Source of the DNA: Candidatus Nanopusillus acidilobi
Lineage (GTDB): Archaea > Nanobdellota > Nanobdellia > Nanobdellales > Nanobdellaceae
Direction of reading: 5' to 3'
Assembly: GCA_001552015.1 (NCBI GenBank)
Contig: CP010514.1
Coordinates: forward strand, 570,001-602,000
Length of the DNA stretch: 32,000 nucleotides
Below are positions 8,037-17,288 of the stretch, piece after piece (the first letter of the stretch is position 1; the number at the start of each line of letters is the position of its first letter). The notes below the pieces were generated by a model. The model was not told where the DNA came from. It did not search any database and worked only from the letters and a program-made list of their open reading frames with translations. The position numbers were made by a program, and so were the translations under genes.

Positions 8037-8124
8037 TTCAGAAAATTTAATAAGAAGACCTGGAGAATCATTTAAATATAGTTCAAAGGAAATTAAGAAA
8101 AATATAAATGAATTAATTGAAAAA

Positions 8125-9108
8125 ATGATAAAAGAAGGATATCCAATATTTGATATAGATAAAATTATGGAAAATAAAAAAGAATATTCTGAGATATTAT
8201 CAAAGCTAACTGAATATGATGAAAAAAGAATAAGAGAGGATAAGGATTATAGATTTAATAAAGAATTTAAGAAATCATTGAATAAATTAAAGGAAATATT
8301 AACTAGTGAAGGATATATAGATGAAAATGGAGAATTAACTGAGAAATCTTTAATTGAATATTCTAAATATTTAATAGGAAATATAGAAAAGGAAATCGAA
8401 GGGATATTTGAATATGGAAAATATTTATCAAATTATATTGGAAATGATGAGGAATTTTATAATAAATATTTTAGTATAGGAGATAAATATAATAAAATTG
8501 ATATAAAAGAAACAATAAGAAATTATATAAAGAATAAAGAAGTTACAAGATTTGTTGTTAATGTTAAAAGAGAAAATAAAGGTGGTAAATATATAATTCT
8601 ATTAGATGTATCTGGAAGTATGATTGGGGAAAAAATATTTGAAGCAAAAAAAGCTTTAATATTATTAATATCAAAGATATTAGAAGATAATAATCTTTTA
8701 GATATAATATTATTTAATGATAAGATTGTTAAAGAATATGATAATGTTAGAGGATTAAAGGATATAATAGATATATTAAAAATTATACCAAATGGAAGCA
8801 CAGATATTGCCTTAGCATTTAATTATTTATTAAATAAAGAAGAAAATGGACATATAATATTAATAACCGATGCATTACCAACAAAGGGAAAAAATCCTGT
8901 AGAAAGAACTTTAAAGTTAGCTAAAGAATTAAGCCAATATTATTATATATCAATAATTGGAATACAATTAAATGATGAAGGAGAAAAAATTGCAAAGGAA
9001 ATAGTAAAATATGGAAGAGGAAGATTATTTATTTCTAAAGATATAAAAGATTTGAAAAAACTATTATTATTAGAATACGAAATATCTAGACAACAGATGA
9101 TAAAATAA
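8125..9108 (+). CDS. von Willebrand factor A (vWA) domain protein, partner of the upstream AAA+ ATPase
   Basis: MIDAS-like motifs LLDVSGSM, NGSTDIALAF and LITDALPT in the C-terminal half. The N-terminal half is a K/E-rich helical region. Confidence 0.75.
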   Translation: MIKEGYPIFDIDKIMENKKEYSEILSKLTEYDEKRIREDKDYRFNKEFKKSLNKLKEILTSEGYIDENGELTEKSLIEYSKYLIGNIEKEIEGIFEYGKYLSNYIGNDEEFYNKYFSIGDKYNKIDIKETIRNYIKNKEVTRFVVNVKRENKGGKYIILLDVSGSMIGEKIFEAKKALILLISKILEDNNLLDIILFNDKIVKEYDNVRGLKDIIDILKIIPNGSTDIALAFNYLLNKEENGHIILITDALPTKGKNPVERTLKLAKELSQYYYISIIGIQLNDEGEKIAKEIVKYGRGRLFISKDIKDLKKLLLLEYEISRQQMIK

Positions 9109-9643
9109 TTTCTTCAGGTTTATTTTCCCCTATATATTTCTTATATTTTCCTGATAATTTCTTTCTTGCAATATCTAGATAGAAACTTATTCTGTTTGTA
9201 AATTCTGGTTTATTGTAATATATTGATAAAATAATATCTTTATAGAATACTTGAGCAGCTCTTGTATATGGTTTTCCAAATGCATGTCTCATTCCTTGTG
9301 AAATTCTATCTGCACCTGCACCATATACCAATGCATGTTCTCTTACAACATGATGAGGGTATTTTCTTACAATAAATAAAAATTCTTTTACTTCATTTTC
9401 TAAATATTTTAATATATTGGTTCTTACAGCTTCTAAGGAATAATCAGATACCTGAACATTATGTAATGCAATTAAATGAGCAGCATATTTCCATTGATCC
9501 TTTGGTATGTTTATCATTCCCATAATCTGCATCCTTAATTTTGGTACTGGAGCACCTGGAATTTTATTATATGATTTACTATATGAAAATCTTGTATATG
9601 GTCTTTCTATTTCCTTAAATATTCTCCAGGGTCTCTTTGCCAT
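9086..9643 (-). CDS. rpl10e: Ribosomal protein uL16 (L10e)
   Basis: MAKRPWRIFKEIERPYTR...YPHHVVREHALVYGAGADRISQGMRHAFGKP is diagnostic for L10e. Its 3' end overlaps the convergent vWA gene by 23 nt. Confidence 0.9.
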   Translation of the reverse strand: MAKRPWRIFKEIERPYTRFSYSKSYNKIPGAPVPKLRMQIMGMINIPKDQWKYAAHLIALHNVQVSDYSLEAVRTNILKYLENEVKEFLFIVRKYPHHVVREHALVYGAGADRISQGMRHAFGKPYTRAAQVFYKDIILSIYYNKPEFTNRISFYLDIARKKLSGKYKKYIGENKPEEIILSSVV

Positions 9644-9644
9644 T

Positions 9645-10124
9645 TTATATCATTTTCTTTAATAATATATTTATATCTTTTCCATAGTACCCATATGCAC
9701 CACCCTGACTATATGGAACTTTTATACCTCTTCTTGGATAACCCTTTGATGGAGTTTTTAGTCTAAATATATTTTTTATTTTTGGTATTGAATCTAAATC
9801 TATTTCATTATTTAATAATTTTTCAACAAATGTATCAATATCCATATTTAATGTTTGCTTAATATAATCTTCAGTTAATCTTTTATTTCCTTCCAATCTT
9901 CCTCTCTTTAATAATAATTCCTTTAATGTTTCCTTATCTATTTCCCCCCATGCAACCCATGGTTCTACTTTTTTTATCATTCCTCTTATATCTTTTGTAT
10001 CCTTCATTATTACTGCATAATTATTTCTTCTTAATCTTAACAAATATAATGTATCTTTTATTTCTTTATTTGCCTTAACAGTTCCTTTTATCCTTACAAT
10101 TGCTAATAATCCCATTTTATACAA
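9645..10124 (-). CDS. rpl30: Ribosomal protein uL30 (L30P/L7 type)
   Basis: LAIVRIKGTVKANKEIKDTLYLLRLRRNNYAVI is the typical uL30 N-terminus, at archaeal length (~155 aa). It is adjacent to uS5, as in spc operons. Confidence 0.85.
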   Translation of the reverse strand: MYKMGLLAIVRIKGTVKANKEIKDTLYLLRLRRNNYAVIMKDTKDIRGMIKKVEPWVAWGEIDKETLKELLLKRGRLEGNKRLTEDYIKQTLNMDIDTFVEKLLNNEIDLDSIPKIKNIFRLKTPSKGYPRRGIKVPYSQGGAYGYYGKDINILLKKMI

Positions 10125-10875
10125 ATCCTATCTTTAATCCTGAATATTTGGCATATTCCTCTTTAATTCTATATCCTACTGTTTTTCTTAATGCATTATA
10201 AACTGCCATTGCAAAATTATATCTTTTTCTAGTTTGTCCAAAAGATTTCATCCATAGATCTTTTATACCAGCTAATCTAAATATCTTTTTCATTTCTTCA
10301 GGTGCTACCAATCCAACTCCTCTTGGAGCTGGTAATAATACAACTCTTACAGAACCAAAAGATCCTTCAACTTTAAATGGTAAAGAATGGGGAGTTTTAA
10401 ATGCACATTCCCATGATCCACAACCTCTTGCAATCGGTATAATATTCAATTTTGCATTTCTTAACGCTTTTTCCATACATAAAGCAATATCAGAAGACTT
10501 TCCAATCCCTACTCCAACATATCCATTTTCATTTCCAACAACAGCAACAGAAACCCATGATGTTTTATTACCTTCAGCAGTTTTTCTTTGAACCATTTTT
10601 ACAAATTTTGGCCTTCTATATTTACCTTTAGACAATGATAATCTAATATATTCATATTTTAAATCTGGTATTAATGCATCTACAATTTCTGGTTCTAATA
10701 TTTTATATCCATTTTTAAATACTTGCTCAATTGAATTTATTTTTCCTTCCTTTACCAATTTACCAAGATTTGTTTTTGGATTCCAAGATTCTATATTAAA
10801 CTTTTGCGATCCTATTTTTTCTAAAGCCTCCTGTTCCTTTTTTACTTCTTCAGCTTCTTTTTGTTCTTCTACCAT
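10117..10875 (-). CDS. rps5: Ribosomal protein uS5
   Basis: W.PKT.LGKLVKEGKI, VVGNENGYVGVGIGKS and LPAPRGVGLVA are typical of archaeal S5. It overlaps uL30 by 8 nt. Confidence 0.9.
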   Translation of the reverse strand: MVEEQKEAEEVKKEQEALEKIGSQKFNIESWNPKTNLGKLVKEGKINSIEQVFKNGYKILEPEIVDALIPDLKYEYIRLSLSKGKYRRPKFVKMVQRKTAEGNKTSWVSVAVVGNENGYVGVGIGKSSDIALCMEKALRNAKLNIIPIARGCGSWECAFKTPHSLPFKVEGSFGSVRVVLLPAPRGVGLVAPEEMKKIFRLAGIKDLWMKSFGQTRKRYNFAMAVYNALRKTVGYRIKEEYAKYSGLKIGFV

Positions 10876-11033
10876 TTTCTTTTAAATTTATATGACCATA
10901 CATAGGCCCTTATTTTACTACTTCTTCCAAATCCACAATGTGAGCAATATCCCTTATCAGGATTATATGTTTTTCTACCACATCTTCTGCATATAACATG
11001 ATTTACTTTGTTTGTACCACCCAATCTTGTCAT
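10869..11033 (-). CDS. rpl37e: Ribosomal protein eL37 (L37e), 54 aa; below the ORF-track cutoff
   Basis: Minus-strand translation is MTRLGGTNKVNHVICRRCGRKTYNPDKGYCSHCGFGRSSKIRAYVWSYKFKRKW. It carries the CRRCG...C..CG zinc ribbon and the R.Y.W tail of L37e. Its stop overlaps the uS5 ATG (ATGGTAG). Confidence 0.8.
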   Translation of the reverse strand: MTRLGGTNKVNHVICRRCGRKTYNPDKGYCSHCGFGRSSKIRAYVWSYKFKRKW

Positions 11034-11088
11034 TTAATGATAATATAAAGAAATATTTTTAAAGTAAATAAGGAAGTTAGAATAATCA

Positions 11089-12147
11089 ATGAATATAGAT
11101 ATATCAATAATAATACCAACATTAAATGAAAAAGAAAATATTAATGAATTAGTAAAAAGAATAAGAGAAAGCTTAAATGATATAAATTATGAAATAATTT
11201 TTGTAGATGATGGATCAAAAGATGGAACAATTGAAGAAATAGAAAAATTAAAAAAGGAATATAAAAATATAAAACTTGTTGAAAGAGGATATAAAAAAGG
11301 TTTATCATCTGCTTTTTTAGATGGAGTAAAATATTCTAATGGAAAATATGTTGTATTAATGGATGCTGATCTACAACATCCTCCAGAATTATTAAAAACA
11401 ATGTATGAAAAGGCTTTGGAGAGTTATGATTTAGTTATTGCATCTAGATATATTAAAGGAGGAAAAATAGAGAATTGGAATATTTTAAGAGAATTTATAT
11501 CAAAAACAGCAATATTTATTGCATATATTTTTCTACCAGAAACATTAAAAGTAAAGGATCCATTAAGTGGATATTTTTTAATAAAGAAAGATCTGTTAAA
11601 TAATTTTAATGTTTCTGATCCATTTAGTTATAAGGTTCTATTAGATATATTAGTAAAAGTAAATTATAATAAATTAATAGAAATTCCATATACATTTGAA
11701 GAAAGAAAACATGGAAAATCTAAATTGGGCAAAAAAGTAATTTTTTCATATTTAAAGCAGGTTTTCTTATTATTTAATATTTCTCAATTTATAAAGTTCT
11801 ATTTAGTAGGATTATCTGGAATTTTTATTAACCTATTAACTTTATACTTATTGATCTCTTATCTTCCATTTTATATTTCTTCTTTTTTAGCAATTTTAGT
11901 TTCAATTATATGGAATTTCATCCTAAATGATTTGTTTGTATTTAAAATTAAGAAGAAAAAACTTTGGAAAAGATTTTTATTATTTGTTGGAGGAAGAGGC
12001 TTATTATCAAAACCTGTTCAATATTTATCGGCCTTATTATTTTATTATGTATTTGAAATAAACTACTTGATATCACAACTTCTTGCAATATTTATTGCTT
12101 CTATAATTAATTGGGTCTTTACAAAAGGTATTGTTTATGAAAAGTAA
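11089..12147 (+). CDS. GT2 glycosyltransferase (dolichyl-phosphate mannose/glucose synthase-like) fused to a GtrA-like membrane domain
   Basis: ISIIIPTLNEKENI, FVDDGSKDGT and MDADLQHPP form the GT-A core. The C-terminal ~130 aa has four hydrophobic helices (FIKFYLVGLSGIFINL...). Confidence 0.85.
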   Translation: MNIDISIIIPTLNEKENINELVKRIRESLNDINYEIIFVDDGSKDGTIEEIEKLKKEYKNIKLVERGYKKGLSSAFLDGVKYSNGKYVVLMDADLQHPPELLKTMYEKALESYDLVIASRYIKGGKIENWNILREFISKTAIFIAYIFLPETLKVKDPLSGYFLIKKDLLNNFNVSDPFSYKVLLDILVKVNYNKLIEIPYTFEERKHGKSKLGKKVIFSYLKQVFLLFNISQFIKFYLVGLSGIFINLLTLYLLISYLPFYISSFLAILVSIIWNFILNDLFVFKIKKKKLWKRFLLFVGGRGLLSKPVQYLSALLFYYVFEINYLISQLLAIFIASIINWVFTKGIVYEK

Positions 12148-12313
12148 ATTTATAAATTCCAGAGAGTAATATATAGGTTACTTTTATGGAAAGATAAAAA
12201 GAGATTATAATACGCCTTTGAAAAATATAAACTTTACTTTAATTAAATTTTATAAATGGATTTTTAAGATTTATTTTATCATAATAAAAAATATTTATAA
12301 TATTGATAACCTG

Positions 12314-13603
12314 TCAATAACTATTTTTTATCTTATTTTTTACTATTCTGTAGATATCTTCCAAATTATTGATTGATATTTTAATTCTTTCTTTTGTATA
12401 CCTATCCTGTAATAAAACACTTTTCTCTGATAGTTCCTTTTTTCCAATAATTAATAAGAACCTTATATCCTTATCAACTGCATATTTTATTTGCTTATCA
12501 AAATCTCTTTTCATCAAATCAATATAACAATTTAATCCGATTTCCCTTAATTTATTACATATATTCCATGCATCTTTAAATGTATCTTCAAAATATATTA
12601 CACATATTTCTGTATAAGTTTTTTTATCAATCTTAAATATTCCTAATTCTATTCCAGCATCAATCAGTCTTTCTACTCCAATACTTCCACCTACAGCAGG
12701 TATTTCTTCATTTGTAAATAATTTTAACAAATTATCATATCTTCCTCCTCCAGATAGTGATCCAATTTTTGGTTTTTCAACAATTGCTTCATATATCATT
12801 CCAGTGTAATAATCCAAACCCCTTACTAAAGATAAATTTATTTCTATTTTACTTTTATCATCTAATAGATCTAAAATGTTATTAAAATAATTTATCTCTT
12901 TTGATATTTCTTCATATTTTGATAAATAATCAATTACTTCTTGATTCCTTAATGATATTATTTCAACAATTTTATCAGATAAATCTCCAACAACATTATT
13001 TAATTCTTTTCTTATATTTTCTATTCCAATTTTATCTAACTTATCAATTATTGTATATACCTTTTTTATTTTTTCTTCACTTATATTTAAATTTTTCTCA
13101 AAAATAAATCTTAAGAATTCTCTATTATTTATTATAATTTTATAATTCGAAAAATTAAATTCTTTAAATATAAAATTTACAATATTTAATATCTCTGCAT
13201 CAGATTCTGGTTTTCTTGATCCAATTATATCAAAATCTGCCTGATAAAATTCTCTATACCTTCCTTTTTGTGGATTCTCATATCTATAAGATTTATCTAT
13301 TACATATCTCTTAAATGGTAAATTTGGTCTATGATTTGAAAAAAACCTTGCCAAAGGTACTGTTTGATCATATCTTAATGCATATTCTTTTTCAGAATAT
13401 GGTAATTTAAATCTCCATATTAATTTATTTTCAGCTTCTTCTCCATATTTTCCTTTCAATGTATCCCAATATTCTATTGTTGGAGTCTCTATAGGATCAA
13501 ATCCAAATCTTTGAAATATCTCTTCTATTTTGCTAAATATTTTATTTCTTAATATTTTTATTTCAGTAGGAAAATCCCTTAATCCTGATGGCAAATTATA
13601 CAT
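12314..13603 (-). CDS. hisS: Histidyl-tRNA synthetase
   Basis: GLRDFPT, RYDQTVPLARF, YRYENPQKGRYREFYQADFDIIG and SGGGRYDNL are the class IIa HisRS signature motifs. An anticodon-binding domain sits at the C-terminus. Confidence 0.9.
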   Translation of the reverse strand: MYNLPSGLRDFPTEIKILRNKIFSKIEEIFQRFGFDPIETPTIEYWDTLKGKYGEEAENKLIWRFKLPYSEKEYALRYDQTVPLARFFSNHRPNLPFKRYVIDKSYRYENPQKGRYREFYQADFDIIGSRKPESDAEILNIVNFIFKEFNFSNYKIIINNREFLRFIFEKNLNISEEKIKKVYTIIDKLDKIGIENIRKELNNVVGDLSDKIVEIISLRNQEVIDYLSKYEEISKEINYFNNILDLLDDKSKIEINLSLVRGLDYYTGMIYEAIVEKPKIGSLSGGGRYDNLLKLFTNEEIPAVGGSIGVERLIDAGIELGIFKIDKKTYTEICVIYFEDTFKDAWNICNKLREIGLNCYIDLMKRDFDKQIKYAVDKDIRFLLIIGKKELSEKSVLLQDRYTKERIKISINNLEDIYRIVKNKIKNSY

Positions 13604-13646
13604 TATATTAAATTTAAAAATTGTTTAATAAAATATTTGGTTATCT

Positions 13647-14093
13647 ATGGTCGCTCATAGAAAGAAAAAATATAGGAAATATCTTGGACAAAGATATGCT
13701 AGAAGGGGATATAATGATAGAAATAGAGGTAGAGGAAATAAGGGTGGTGCAGGTTTCTCTGGATGGAGATTTAAGAAACAAAAATACATTAAATTAATTA
13801 AGGAATATCCGGAAAAATTTGAAGATAAAAAAGGATTTACAAGTATTAAATATAATGTTGAAAAATCTATAATTAATTTGGGAGATATAGAAGAATATTT
13901 TGATTATTTATTATCAGAAGGAATAATAAAAAATGAGGGAGAATATTATACAATAGATTTAGATGAAATAGGCGTTGATAAATTATTAGGAGCTGGAAGA
14001 ATTAGCAAAAAAATGAAAATATATGTAAGAGAAGCTTCAGAAGGAGCAATAGAAAAGGTTAAAAACATCGGTGGGGAGGTTATAATTAAATAA
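13647..14093 (+). CDS. rpl15: Ribosomal protein uL15
   Basis: Basic Gly-rich N-terminus (GRGNKGGAGFSGW), KLLGAGRI, and a C-terminal AIEKVKNIGGEVI. Confidence 0.85.
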   Translation: MVAHRKKKYRKYLGQRYARRGYNDRNRGRGNKGGAGFSGWRFKKQKYIKLIKEYPEKFEDKKGFTSIKYNVEKSIINLGDIEEYFDYLLSEGIIKNEGEYYTIDLDEIGVDKLLGAGRISKKMKIYVREASEGAIEKVKNIGGEVIIK

Positions 14094-14563
14094 TGGACCT
14101 ATCATTACAAAAAAGATTAGCATCTGAAATCCTTGGTGTTGGAAAAGATAGAATATGGATAGATCCGAATAAAATACAGGATGTATCTAAAGCTTTAAGT
14201 AGATCTGATATTTTAGATTTAATTGATAAAGGAATAATAAGAGTAAAAAATGTTAAAGGTCAATCTAGAACATGGGCAAATTATATTAAGGAACAGAAGA
14301 AAAAGGGAAGAAGAAGAGGAGCAGGATCTAGAAAAGGAGGTAGAAAAGCTAGATTAGACAAAAAAGAAAATTGGATGAAAAGAATAAGAGCAATAAGAAA
14401 GTTATTAAGAGAATTGAAAGAGAAAAATATAATTGATAAAAAGTTATATAGGGAGTTATATAAAAAAGCTAAAAGTAATGAGTTTAAGAGCAAAAGAGCT
14501 ATTTTAATTTATCTTAAGGATTTAGGAATATTAAAGAATGAAAAAGAAGTTTTAAATAAATAG
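14093..14563 (+). CDS. rpl19e: Ribosomal protein eL19 (L19e)
   Basis: LQKRLASEILGVGKDRIWIDPNKIQDV...GRRRGAGSRKG is diagnostic. Its start overlaps the uL15 stop (TAATG). Confidence 0.9.
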   Translation: MDLSLQKRLASEILGVGKDRIWIDPNKIQDVSKALSRSDILDLIDKGIIRVKNVKGQSRTWANYIKEQKKKGRRRGAGSRKGGRKARLDKKENWMKRIRAIRKLLRELKEKNIIDKKLYRELYKKAKSNEFKSKRAILIYLKDLGILKNEKEVLNK

Positions 14564-14615
14564 TTTATAAGATTTTTTATTTAAAGTTTATAATAATTTC
14601 ACCTATATATTTTTT

Positions 14616-14819
14616 ATGGCAACACCATCCCAATTAAGAACAGAAATAGAATCTGCATTTAAAAAGGGTGTATCAAAGGAAGAAATAGATAAATTAGCAC
14701 AACAAATAGCAAGTAAATTAGGAAAGAAACCAGCAGTTGTAAAAGCATTAATTACAAGATACATGAATAAAGGAATGATAAAGGAACAAGGAGGAAAATA
14801 TGTTTGGGCTGGTCAGTAA
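14616..14819 (+). CDS. Small (67 aa) hypothetical protein, possibly winged-helix-like
   Basis: ORF with somewhat higher GC than its neighbours. It is helical and basic, with a C-terminal ...NKGMIKEQGGKYVW wing-like end. No family recognised. A T-run terminator (GTTTTTTCTTC) follows. Confidence 0.5.
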   Translation: MATPSQLRTEIESAFKKGVSKEEIDKLAQQIASKLGKKPAVVKALITRYMNKGMIKEQGGKYVWAGQ

Positions 14820-14925
14820 AGTTTTTTCTTCATTTATATTTTATAAAAAAGATAATAATTTTTAATTTAACAATATTTTAATGAAAATTTATTATTTCAA
14901 AAAATAATTGAAAATATTCTTCAAG

Positions 14926-15000
14926 TGCCCCCACCGGGATTTGAACCCGGGTCTCGGGGATGAGGACCCCGTATCCTGGACCTGACTAGACGACGGGGGC
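14926..15000 (-). tRNA. tRNA-Glu (anticodon CUC)
   Basis: Revcomp: GCCCCCG-TC-GTCT..GGAT-A-CGGGG-TC[CTC]AT-CCCCG-AGAC-CCGGG-TTCAAAT-CCCGG-TGGGGGC-A. Full cloverleaf, no encoded CCA. The stop codon of the upstream ORF shares nt 15000. Confidence 0.9.
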
Positions 15001-15284
15001 TATGGATTATTTAATATATATTCAGAATTTTGAGTTATAACTATTATATTTGTTCCATTATCATAACATATCATATTCTCTTCTAAACAAATATTGTAAT
15101 ATGTTTGATTTATAGTAGAAGAATAATTTGGATATAATAATAATTTAACATAAAAATCTTCTGCAATATATTTACCAATATTTGGTTGATAATAGAAATT
15201 ATTTTGTAAATTTGAAATAAAAAATAATGTAATAAATAATATTAAAACTAAATATAATAAAATAAATTGGGATTTCATTTCCAA
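15000..15284 (-). CDS. Small secreted/pilin-like protein (hypothetical), third of a three-gene cluster
   Basis: 94 aa. N-terminus is MEMKS-QFILLYLVLILFITLFFI, with K-S before a ~20-aa hydrophobic segment, compatible with a class III/prepilin-type signal. The Asn/Tyr-rich ectodomain has N-x-S/T sequons and 2 Cys. It overlaps the upstream ORF by 10 nt. Confidence 0.5.
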   Translation of the reverse strand: MEMKSQFILLYLVLILFITLFFISNLQNNFYYQPNIGKYIAEDFYVKLLLYPNYSSTINQTYYNICLEENMICYDNGTNIIVITQNSEYILNNP

Positions 15285-15619
15285 TATATATCTACATAAT
15301 CTACTGAGCCATTAATAATATAAAAAGTTTCAATTCCCTGTTCAGATTCATTTAAATTCGTATTATTAAATGCAACTTGTCCATTTATTTCAACATAATA
15401 ATATGGTAAAATATTTGTAACAATTTGATATAAACTACTGTTTAGCTGTTGTGTATTATTTAGATACATATAATTTATTGATATTAATGATGCATATAGA
15501 TCTTCTTTATTATACCCTCTAATATAGAAATTACTATAATATGTTGAAGTTAAAATAAAATATAAAACAATTATTACAACTACTAATTCAATAAATATTG
15601 ATATACTAAAAGATTTCAT
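15275..15619 (-). CDS. Small secreted/pilin-like protein (hypothetical), second of the cluster
   Basis: 114 aa. N-terminus is MKS-FSISIFIELVVVIIVLYFIL (K-S, then a hydrophobic helix with Glu). The ectodomain has several N-x-S/T sequons. It overlaps the upstream ORF by 4 nt (ATGA). Confidence 0.5.
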   Translation of the reverse strand: MKSFSISIFIELVVVIIVLYFILTSTYYSNFYIRGYNKEDLYASLISINYMYLNNTQQLNSSLYQIVTNILPYYYVEINGQVAFNNTNLNESEQGIETFYIINGSVDYVDIYWK

Positions 15620-16011
15620 TGAACTAATACACTAACCAAATATAATGAGCCATTATAATAGCAAACTCTATTAAATTCTATATAATTATTTTGCATATTT
15701 GTTATATTATCATTACTAAATATATATTCTTGACTAGTATTACTTAAATTTTCATATATTATTTCATATGGAAAACTTGCTAAATTATCCATTATACTTG
15801 GATTAAAATTATTTGATGTTAAATTACAAATATTGTCAGTATACTGTTCTGTAATTTCTTTAATCAAAACTCTTCCATCCATAAATTGATTATATATAAT
15901 TTGATATTTTTCATTAATATTATAAATATAAGAAACTTTCTCCATTAATAATAATGTAATAAAAAATATTACTAAAACAATTACAAATAGCTCAAAAAAC
16001 CTATCTAGCAT
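15616..16011 (-). CDS. Small membrane-anchored/secreted protein (hypothetical), first of the cluster
   Basis: 131 aa. N-terminus is MLDRFFELFVIVLVIFFITLLL. The ectodomain has sequons (NLT, NLS, NTS, NIT, NGS) and 2 Cys. Confidence 0.5.
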   Translation of the reverse strand: MLDRFFELFVIVLVIFFITLLLMEKVSYIYNINEKYQIIYNQFMDGRVLIKEITEQYTDNICNLTSNNFNPSIMDNLASFPYEIIYENLSNTSQEYIFSNDNITNMQNNYIEFNRVCYYNGSLYLVSVLVQ

Positions 16012-16053
16012 ATATTATATATTTTATAAACATTTTTATATATAGATGTCTAA

Positions 16054-16629
16054 ATGGATTCAAAACTGGTATCATTATTAAAAGAAAATAAAAAAATTGT
16101 TACTGTATCGTCTAATAATTTACCAATATCTAGAAAAGATTCTGAAATGGTTGGTAGATTTATTAAATATTTAACAATACCATATGCAAAGAAATATTTA
16201 GAAATGGTTATTGAAAAGAAAGTTGCAGTTCCATATTATAGGTATCATAAAAAACAAGCGCATCATAAAAATGTAATGGGAAATGTTCCATATGGAAGAT
16301 ATCCAATTAAGGTTTCAAAATATTTTATTAAGCTATTAAATTCTTTAGAAAATAATGCAAAAAATATAGGATTAGATCCTAACAAGGTTGTAATTGTTTC
16401 TGTTAATGTTTCTAAGGGAAATAGGTTTCCTGGAAGGTTAAGGGTAGTAAAGATAAAAACAGGTCCTGGTGGAGTAAAGAGAACATTAATTGTTGCTCAT
16501 AAGAAAACATCCCATATTAAAATATATGGATTATATTTAGAATCTCTAGATACATCTAAAAAATTGAAAAGAAAAAGCTTAAAACAAATTGTTAAACAAA
16601 TATTAGAAGAATGGCGTCAAAAAATATAG
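16054..16629 (+). CDS. rpl22: Ribosomal protein uL22, with a basic C-terminal extension
   Basis: ISRKDSEMVGRFIKYLTIPYAKKYLEMVIEKKVAVPYYRY...GRYPIKVSKYFIKLLNSLENNAKNIGLD is the typical archaeal L22 core. Confidence 0.85.
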   Translation: MDSKLVSLLKENKKIVTVSSNNLPISRKDSEMVGRFIKYLTIPYAKKYLEMVIEKKVAVPYYRYHKKQAHHKNVMGNVPYGRYPIKVSKYFIKLLNSLENNAKNIGLDPNKVVIVSVNVSKGNRFPGRLRVVKIKTGPGGVKRTLIVAHKKTSHIKIYGLYLESLDTSKKLKRKSLKQIVKQILEEWRQKI

Positions 16630-17288
16630 AAGAACTTATAAAAGAACAAAAAATACAGGCAATATTAGATAAAACTTTAAAAAATAGATTTAAAGGTAAA
16701 TTAATTAGTAAAGTTGAATATTTCAAGGTTTCAATGGGTACAAAGGTTATTATATATTGCGCAAGACCCAGATTAGTTCTGGGAAGAGCAAATGAAAATT
16801 TAGATGAAATTAAGAGAATTGTAGAAAATATTGCAAATGTTAAAGATCCAAATATAGAAGTTGTAGGAGTTGAAAATCCATTATTAGATTCTGAAATTGT
16901 TGCAGATTTAATTGCATCTCAAATTGAAAGATATGGAAACAGAGCAATAAGAAGAATTATGCAAAGAGTAATGGAACAGGTAATGCAAGCTGGAGCTTTA
17001 GGTATTGAAGTAAGAGTTACTGGAAAAATAATTGGAGATAGAACATCTACAATAAGAGAACAAAAGGGATATATTAAAAAATCTGGAGAAGTAAACAAAA
17101 TAATTGGAAAAAGTATAAGACATGCAAAATTACCTTCCGGAGTAATTGGAGTACAGGTTAGAATATTAAGACCAACAGACAAGTTACCTGATAGAATAAA
17201 AATAAAAGATTTATCAGAAATAAAACCTGATGAATTAGAAAAGATAGACCCTTCTTTATTAGAAAAATTAACTAAACAAGGTCAATAA
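16611..17288 (+). CDS. rps3: Ribosomal protein uS3
   Basis: KH-domain N-terminus, then IASQIERYGNRAIRRIMQRVMEQVMQAGALGIEVRVTGKI. It follows uL22 as in S10 operons and overlaps it by 19 nt. Confidence 0.9.
   Translation: MASKNIEELIKEQKIQAILDKTLKNRFKGKLISKVEYFKVSMGTKVIIYCARPRLVLGRANENLDEIKRIVENIANVKDPNIEVVGVENPLLDSEIVADLIASQIERYGNRAIRRIMQRVMEQVMQAGALGIEVRVTGKIIGDRTSTIREQKGYIKKSGEVNKIIGKSIRHAKLPSGVIGVQVRILRPTDKLPDRIKIKDLSEIKPDELEKIDPSLLEKLTKQGQ

Noticed and set aside
8017-8124. Possible N-terminal extension of the vWA ORF. The frame is open from 8017, which would close the 88-nt gap after the AAA+ gene.
   Set aside because: No ATG, GTG or TTG start codon lies in that frame upstream of 8125, so the annotated ATG was kept.
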